DNA of 64,000 nucleotides from assembly GCA_963753345.1 (NCBI GenBank), contig CAVWBU010000040.1:1-64000 (forward strand), written 5' to 3'. The stretch comes from an uncultured Fibrobacterota bacterium. GTDB lineage: Bacteria; Fibrobacterota; Chitinivibrionia; Chitinivibrionales; FEN-1185. The notes beneath the pieces are model-generated. The model worked only from the letters and a program-made list of their open reading frames with translations. It had not been told where the DNA came from and searched no databases. Positions 57,951-64,000 of this stretch are shown in pieces. Within the stretch, counting starts at the first letter, position 1; each line of letters opens with the position of its first letter. Made by a program: the position numbers and the translations under genes.

Positions 57951-60900
57951 TTACTCTCCTGCCCTGTCCATGAGCAGCAGAATCCGGGCCGGGCGTCCTT
58001 TTCCGCCTCCATCAACGCGCCTTGCATTTATGTGGAACGGGTGCCTGCCCGCCAGGGGGACCTCGATGGAAAGGTCAAGGTTCTTTATCGGGGAAGCCTC
58101 GCCGCTCACGGCATCGGCCAGCCATTTCCGCGCCTCGGGCGCGTTCCACGGTTCGCCCATGAGCTCGAAAACCGTTCTACCTTCGGCCAGTTTCGCGGAA
58201 ACATGGAAAAGGCCGTACCAGCTTGCATTGGCCTGGACAATGCGCAAGTCTTCGTCGAGCACGATCATGGGCTCGCGCATGGACGAGAAGATGCTCTCGA
58301 ACAGTTCGCGGGCCTCGCGTCCGGCCGTTTCGGCCAGCTTGACGCGGCCGATGTCCACGAACGTGACCACCAGGCCGTCGATGACGTTACTCGCGGTGCG
58401 ATAGGGCATGATGCGCATCTGGTAACAGGCATTGTCTTTGGTATACACCTCGGCTTCCTTGAAAATGAGCGTTTCGAGCACCTCCCGTGCGTCGCGCTCG
58501 AACCCGTCGTACTCGATGTTCGAGACAAGATCGCTCACCGGTCTGCCGATGTCGGTGGGAATGAGTTTGACAAGCTTCACCGCCTTGTCGGTGTAGCGCT
58601 TGATGTTGAGGTTGCTGTCCAGGAATATCGTTGCAATCTCGGTGCCGTTGAGCAGGTTCTGCATGTCGTCGTTCGTCTGTGAAAGCTCTTCCACCTTTTT
58701 CTGAAGCTCCGCGTTTACGGTGGTGAGCTCCTCATTGAGCGACTGCAGTTCCTCCTTTGATGTTTCGAGCTCCTCGTTGGCGCTCTGCATTTCCTCGTTT
58801 GTCGACTGCAATTCCTCGTTGGTGGATTTCAGCTCCTCGTTGGAAGTATCCAATTCTTCCACCGTTGTCCGCAGGGACTCCTTTGCAAATTGCAGATCGC
58901 GCTCCAGATCGGTTTCACGGGGAACGGCGCCGGCCGGCGCGCTCTTTTTGCGGCCGGATTCTTCTCTGTGAAGCGGCGGAGCCTGCGTAAGGGTCACCAG
59001 AAGCAACCCGCGCACCGGTTCGGGGTCCCGTATCGGCGACACGGAAATATTGACATATTCATAGCCGCCGTTCGCCCGGACGCGGACACGTTCCTGCACC
59101 GCCTCCCTGTCCTGGGAGACCGCGGACCTTACGGCCGAGGCGAGGAATGTCTTGAGGCCCTCGCGCGCCATGTCAAAAATATTGAGCCGCGGCTGACCGG
59201 TTCCCGGTTCGAGAAAGGAGCCGGTGCGGCCGTGGATATACACGATGTCGCCGTGCGGGTCGATCACCACGCACGGAGGCGCGAAGCGTGCGAGCAGCAG
59301 TTTCTCCACCACCGCGGGAATCCGGTCCTTCCTCGGGGAATGGACGGGCGGCGCGAGCGCCGCTTGTCCGGCGTCACGGCCCGGCGGTTCCGCCGGCATG
59401 TCGGGCGGTTCCCTGCCGTCCGCTGTTTCCCTGCGCCTGTAGATTTTCCATTTCTTGTCGACCGTCTCGAAAAGCGCGGAGCTGTCGCCCACGGTTTCCG
59501 AAGGGCCCAGAAGCAAAACGCCGTGCGGCCTGAGGGCATAGTGGAAAATAGGAAGCAGCCGTTTTTGCAAATCGGCATTGAGGTAAATGAGGAGGTTGCG
59601 GCACGAGAGCATGTCGAGCTTTGTAAAGGGAGGGTCCTTGATCACGTTCTGCGGCGCGAAGACGACCATCTCCCGGATTTCCTTCCGGATGCGGTAGATG
59701 GGGCCTTCCTTTACAAAAAAGCGTTCCAGCCGCCGGGGAGACACATCCGCCGCGATACCCGCCGGATAGCGCCCCGTGCGCGCGGTCTCGATGGCTTCGG
59801 CGTCGAGGTCGGTGGCGAAAATCTGCACGGGATGGGGCTTGTTCAACTTCTCGAGGCATTCACGCACCAGCATCGCAATGGTGTAGGCCTCTTCGCCGGT
59901 GCTGCACCCGGGTACCCACACGCGGATGGGGTAATCGTCGGGACGGGACCCAATGAGTTCGGGCAAGACATTTTCGGCCAGGGCGGCGAAGGATTCCGGA
60001 TCGCGGAAAAAAGAGGTGACGCTGATAAGCAGCTCCTTGAACAGAACGTTGATTTCGAGCGGGTTTTCCTGCAGGAAGCGCACGTACTGTTCCGGCCGGG
60101 ATATCCGGTGCACGTTCATCCTGCGCTCGATGCGCCTGCGGAGCGTGCTCATTTTGTACGACGAAAAATCGTGGCCGAGGCGCGAGCGCAGCAAAACAAA
60201 GATTTTTTGCAGCGGCCGTTCCATTTTCCGAGGAACATCCACGGGCCCGGCGAGCGGGCGCACAAGGTTCATCCCCTTGACATAGGCGACAAGCCGGTCC
60301 GGCATGGCCGAGGGCGGCACGACGTAGTCCGCGATCGACGTGCCGATGGCGCTCATGGGCATGCCCGCATACCGCGCCGACCCCACATCCTGTACCATCG
60401 CCATTCCGCCTTCGCCCTTTATCGCCTTGAGGCCAAGGGTGCCGTCGGAGCCTGTGCCGGACAGCACGACGCATATCGCCCGTTCTTTCCGGTCCTGAGC
60501 CAGCGAGCGGAAGAAGAAGTCGATGGGGAGCGGCGGCATTTCCTTGGCGGGCACTTCCATGAGTTGGAGGGTGGCGTCCATGATTGCCAGATAGGCCCCC
60601 GGCGGTGCGACATACACATGGTCCGGCTCCACGAGCGCGCCGTCCTTGGCCTGCACGACCGGTATTCTGGTTTCTTTTCCCAACAACTCGGGAAGAAGGC
60701 TCGTATGCCCCGGGTGCTGATGGGTAACCACGATATATGCCATCCCGGTATCGGGAGGCAGGCCTTTGAAAAGATCACAAAGGGCCTCGAGACCGCCTGC
60801 CGATGCGCCGATGCCAACCACGGGAAAGCCCTTTTCCGGGGCCGGAGAAGGTGCGACGATCGTTCTGCTTTGTGAAGATGAGACCGAACCGCGTTTCTTC

Positions 60901-60977
60901 TTCGCTGCGGGCTTCCGCGGCCGCGCCGTCTTTCGTAATTGTATCATTGCCCGACTCCTGGATAACGAGTCCGCCAT
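57951..60977 (-). CDS. CheB/CheR fusion protein with coiled coil and PAS domains
   Basis: GIGASAGG, LSGTGSDG; RVWVPGCSTGEEAY, SCRNLLIY; ELQSTNEE repeats; C-terminal PAS. Confidence 0.95.
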   Translation of the reverse strand: MADSLSRSRAMIQLRKTARPRKPAAKKKRGSVSSSQSRTIVAPSPAPEKGFPVVGIGASAGGLEALCDLFKGLPPDTGMAYIVVTHQHPGHTSLLPELLGKETRIPVVQAKDGALVEPDHVYVAPPGAYLAIMDATLQLMEVPAKEMPPLPIDFFFRSLAQDRKERAICVVLSGTGSDGTLGLKAIKGEGGMAMVQDVGSARYAGMPMSAIGTSIADYVVPPSAMPDRLVAYVKGMNLVRPLAGPVDVPRKMERPLQKIFVLLRSRLGHDFSSYKMSTLRRRIERRMNVHRISRPEQYVRFLQENPLEINVLFKELLISVTSFFRDPESFAALAENVLPELIGSRPDDYPIRVWVPGCSTGEEAYTIAMLVRECLEKLNKPHPVQIFATDLDAEAIETARTGRYPAGIAADVSPRRLERFFVKEGPIYRIRKEIREMVVFAPQNVIKDPPFTKLDMLSCRNLLIYLNADLQKRLLPIFHYALRPHGVLLLGPSETVGDSSALFETVDKKWKIYRRRETADGREPPDMPAEPPGRDAGQAALAPPVHSPRKDRIPAVVEKLLLARFAPPCVVIDPHGDIVYIHGRTGSFLEPGTGQPRLNIFDMAREGLKTFLASAVRSAVSQDREAVQERVRVRANGGYEYVNISVSPIRDPEPVRGLLLVTLTQAPPLHREESGRKKSAPAGAVPRETDLERDLQFAKESLRTTVEELDTSNEELKSTNEELQSTNEEMQSANEELETSKEELQSLNEELTTVNAELQKKVEELSQTNDDMQNLLNGTEIATIFLDSNLNIKRYTDKAVKLVKLIPTDIGRPVSDLVSNIEYDGFERDAREVLETLIFKEAEVYTKDNACYQMRIMPYRTASNVIDGLVVTFVDIGRVKLAETAGREARELFESIFSSMREPMIVLDEDLRIVQANASWYGLFHVSAKLAEGRTVFELMGEPWNAPEARKWLADAVSGEASPIKNLDLSIEVPLAGRHPFHINARRVDGGGKGRPARILLLMDRAGE

Positions 60978-61072
60978 GGCCGTCGTATGGAAAAAACTAC
61001 TATAATATTTCCTCCCGTCAAACCGTTTTCCCCGGACGAAACGTTTCCGGGCATTCCCGAACCTTCAAGCAA

Positions 61073-62578
61073 TCAAGGAAGGACCCCGCACACGCAAAAA
61101 TGCCCCACGCCTTCCGGACACACCGTCATCCGGCCCTCGCCCCCCGCCTGTTGCACGATGGCCGCCATTTCACCCATTGTAAATCCGCGCCGGATGGACA
61201 AGAGGCCGTCATACAGAGTGAAGCCGGTCCGGAAAAACAGCGTGGCAAGAATCCGAAACCCGAAATAGGCGCGCATCTTCCGCAGAAGGTCGATCGCCAC
61301 AAACCCGAACCGCGACGCCTCGCGCATGTTCTTGAGAACCGCCGTTACCTGGCTTTCGTCAAGGTGGTGCAGCATGTGGTTGGACACGGAGTAGTCGACG
61401 CTGTTCCTTTTGAGGCACCCCGCAGCCGCGTCCGCGCATATCACGCGGGCAAACGGATCATTTCCAACCCTGTCTTTGAGAAACCGCGCCACGCGCCAGT
61501 CGGCGTCGACATACAGCACCGTCGCGGCAATGCCGCGGCGCCGGAGCCTTCGCGAGCACCATTGCCCGATATCGCCGCCACCCGCACCCAGTTCGCACAA
61601 GAGCACTTTTTTCAACCGCTTTTTCCGTGTATCGGCGAGAACAGTTTTCTCGAACACTCTCCTGAACGGCGACACAGCAAGATTGACTAACCGGAAAGCA
61701 TGCAGCGTGCGATGAAGGTCTGCCTGCTCCGACTCCCGATCGTCCATAAGCTCCTTTTCCCGCGAGCGGACCGACAGGTCGGGCAGCCACGGCCGCGGTG
61801 TGCGAGCAGCGCCGGCCGTCAGCCCGGATGCAAGAGAGGCATCGCAGCCCGGACGCGAAAGAGCCCCGGCCTTTTTGAGAAGCAGAATTTCGATCAACCC
61901 GAACATCCGACGTTCCGAAGCCTCCACGCTAAACCCGGTTTGCCTGCACAGCGCGTGCAGCGAGGTCGTGTCCGGATAGGCGGCAAGGCTGTCCGCTATG
62001 TAACCATAAACCCGCGGGCTTCCGTGCAAAAGCAGCCCCCACAAGAGGCCCCAGGCCTTGAGCACGATGTGTTGACAAAACGCGATTGCCGGCAGCGGCG
62101 AGCGGGAGAATTCGAGAAACACGGCGGAGGCTCCCGGTTGCATTACCCGGTAAAATTCCGCAAGAGCAACCGGCAGGTCAGGCGCGTTGCGCAATGCATA
62201 CCCGCCGCACACAATTGCAGCGGACGAATCGGCCAGGCCGAGCCTTGACATATCCTGTATCGTGAGTGCCGCGGCAGGGCCGAGCCTGGCGGAGGCGGCA
62301 CGGGCCATGGCGGGCGTCAGGTCCGCGGCGATGCATCGTCGGCGGCCGTAGCGCCGGGAGAGGAGCAGGGCCAGATCGCCGCTGCCGCTCGCAACATCCA
62401 CCACGGCGCCGCCGGGAATGTCGCGGGGCAGCAGCGCGATGGCGCGGCGCTTCCATGCAGAATCCCTGCCCAGCGAAAGCACCCGGGTGGCAATGGCATA
62501 TTTGGGCGCCACCACATCGAACAACGACCGGTTGTAGTCCCGTTTCGATTCCGGCGTGGCAAGGAACGAAGTGGGCAT
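61073..62578 (-). CDS. Tandem SAM methyltransferase: UbiE/MenG-like domain fused to a type III PKS-associated methyltransferase
   Basis: FDVVAPKY..LSLGRDSAWK, VDVASGSGD, GYALRN; then RSREKELMD, ELGAGGGD, SNHMLHHL, DGLLSIRRGFT. Confidence 0.82.
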   Translation of the reverse strand: MPTSFLATPESKRDYNRSLFDVVAPKYAIATRVLSLGRDSAWKRRAIALLPRDIPGGAVVDVASGSGDLALLLSRRYGRRRCIAADLTPAMARAASARLGPAAALTIQDMSRLGLADSSAAIVCGGYALRNAPDLPVALAEFYRVMQPGASAVFLEFSRSPLPAIAFCQHIVLKAWGLLWGLLLHGSPRVYGYIADSLAAYPDTTSLHALCRQTGFSVEASERRMFGLIEILLLKKAGALSRPGCDASLASGLTAGAARTPRPWLPDLSVRSREKELMDDRESEQADLHRTLHAFRLVNLAVSPFRRVFEKTVLADTRKKRLKKVLLCELGAGGGDIGQWCSRRLRRRGIAATVLYVDADWRVARFLKDRVGNDPFARVICADAAAGCLKRNSVDYSVSNHMLHHLDESQVTAVLKNMREASRFGFVAIDLLRKMRAYFGFRILATLFFRTGFTLYDGLLSIRRGFTMGEMAAIVQQAGGEGRMTVCPEGVGHFCVCGVLP

Positions 62579-62579
62579 G

Positions 62580-63650
62580 CTATGCCGCCCTCAGCAAGCA
62601 CGCGTGCATCGAAAGCCCGGCGCCGTAGGCGGCCATAAGGCAATGCTGCCCTTTGTCAATTCCCTTTTGCATTATACGCTCCAGCACGAACAGCGCCGTG
62701 GGAGACGACATGTTGCCAAAGTCGCGCAGCACGCCGACCGAGGCCTCCTGCTGCTGCGGGGTGAGTGCGAGTTCGCGCATCAATCCGCTAAGGATCTTGT
62801 CGCCGCCCGGATGCAGCGCCCAGTGCTCGACGTTCGCTTTCGACAGGCCGCTGTCGGCGAGAAGCCGGTCGATGAGAGGTGGCACCAGGGTCGTTATCAG
62901 GCGGGGTAGCCGAGGCGTGAGGCGGTTGTGAAGCGCGCCGTTCCTGTGCACGTAACGCACGTCGTCCCTGCACTGGGGCTCGTATGCTCCGCGAACATCG
63001 ACGATGCCCAGGCCCTGCGGCCGGTCCCACACCACGGCTGCCGCGGCCCCGTCGCCGAAGATCGCATTGCTCACCAGGAGCGAGGGATCGTCTCCCATTT
63101 GAAAAGTGGCGGTGCAGATCTCCACCGCCACGCACAGGGAAACCCCGCCGTGCCGCTTCACCAGCGATTCTCCCATCTGTAAATTCGGGAGCGCGCCCCC
63201 GCACCCGGAACCCACGAGATCGAAGGCCCGCACGCCCCTGTCAAGGCCGAGCTCGCCGATAAGATACGTTGAAATCCCGGGGCAGATGTACCCGGTGCAC
63301 GTGTTGACGATAAGCGACGAGACGTCCTTCGCCTGTATGCCGGCGGAATCAAGCGCCTTGCGCGCGGCCTGTGCGGCAAGCTGCACCGACCAGCGCGTGA
63401 ACCGGGCAATCCGTTCGTCGGCGGATTCGGTTTTCAGGAGCGGAACTTCCGCAATATTATCAACCGCAATGTATCTTTTGTTTATTGATGGATGGCGTAG
63501 GAATTGGGCCAACAATACAAGACTTCGCTCCTGTAAGACTGTTGCGTAATGTTCGCGCGATAGCGCAAGGGCCTGTTCCTGGGTCACCGCACAGGGCGGC
63601 GTTGCCGTACCCACCGCGGCGATGAATGAAGCGGGAGTTTCCGGTTTCAT
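62580..63650 (-). CDS. Type III polyketide synthase
   Basis: CTG, GSGCGGA (Cys), AIFGDGAAA, HPGG (His), FGNMSS (Asn). Confidence 0.93.
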   Translation of the reverse strand: MKPETPASFIAAVGTATPPCAVTQEQALALSREHYATVLQERSLVLLAQFLRHPSINKRYIAVDNIAEVPLLKTESADERIARFTRWSVQLAAQAARKALDSAGIQAKDVSSLIVNTCTGYICPGISTYLIGELGLDRGVRAFDLVGSGCGGALPNLQMGESLVKRHGGVSLCVAVEICTATFQMGDDPSLLVSNAIFGDGAAAAVVWDRPQGLGIVDVRGAYEPQCRDDVRYVHRNGALHNRLTPRLPRLITTLVPPLIDRLLADSGLSKANVEHWALHPGGDKILSGLMRELALTPQQQEASVGVLRDFGNMSSPTALFVLERIMQKGIDKGQHCLMAAYGAGLSMHACLLRAA

Positions 63651-63749
63651 CACGAACAAACCGCCTTTCTTGGGTAGCCATGCGGAAGACAACATCCGTT
63701 GCGAACAGTCGCCGTTGCGGCACAATAACCTTTTATCAAGGAGCTTGAC

Positions 63750-64000
63750 ATGACGACATCGCCCATCGAGCAGCGCGTTGCAAAGGTCATCGCCGACGTT
63801 CTCAAGGTCGCACCCGACCGCATCGTGAGCGGCGCGCGCCTTAAGGAGGACCTCGGGGCCGACTCGCTCGACCAGGTGAGCCTGATGATGGACCTGGAAC
63901 GGGAATTCGACGGTTCGATTAGCGACGAAGACGCGAAGAAAGCGGCGACCGTGGGCGATATCGTCGTCCTCATCACCGCGCTGGCGGCCGCCAAGCTTGC
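63750..64000 (+). CDS. Acyl carrier protein (runs off the window end)
   Basis: Not in the ORF track. AAGGAG RBS, then [47 protein letters not shown]. Confidence 0.9.
   Translation, partial: MTTSPIEQRVAKVIADVLKVAPDRIVSGARLKEDLGADSLDQVSLMMDLEREFDGSISDEDAKKAATVGDIVVLITALAAAKL

Noticed and set aside
58720-58870. Periodic 21-nt DNA repeats
   Set aside because: They encode the ordinary ELQSxNEE coiled coil of CheB/CheR fusions.
58890-60875. Long antisense ORFs (also 50325-52094, 15088-16833, 3060-4595) and the alternative-frame ORF 24922-26529
   Set aside because: Shadows of well-supported genes in GC-rich DNA, with no recognisable motifs.

Overview
Bacterial metagenome-type window that appears to be two unrelated pieces joined at ~3570. 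The left 3.6 kb (minus strand) carries a frameshifted TIGR03803-type repeat protein, a sulfatase and the 3' half of a redoxin with an in-frame TGA in a UxxC motif, probably a selenoprotein. It is fused in frame to a truncated sdhA. The remaining ~60 kb is a stress and oxygen-defence region: fumC, aconitase, rubredoxin, NmrA, an RND pump, Hsp20, a complete caa3-type (A2) cytochrome c oxidase operon, quinone reductase, ferredoxin, Trx/TrxB, ferritin-like proteins, pirin, OsmC, a T9SS-type cupredoxin and a Tat-signal superoxide reductase. More than a dozen sigma-54 (-24/-12) promoters occur here, many paired with a recurring TTYYCA-N4-TGRGAA palindrome, and a candidate NtrC-family activator lies in the same region. 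Next come a large signalling operon (CheB/CheR, kinase-less PAS and Cache sensors sharing one C-terminal tail, two histidine kinases, a receiver) and a type III PKS / tandem methyltransferase / ACP locus. Three small repeat-bounded elements are present: a four-helix-bundle gene between heptamer-repeat hairpins, a DUF559 gene between nested palindromes, and two TTGAA...TTCAA MITE-like copies. Several single-base frameshifts suggest uncorrected sequencing indels. All family calls come from motif recognition, not database searches.
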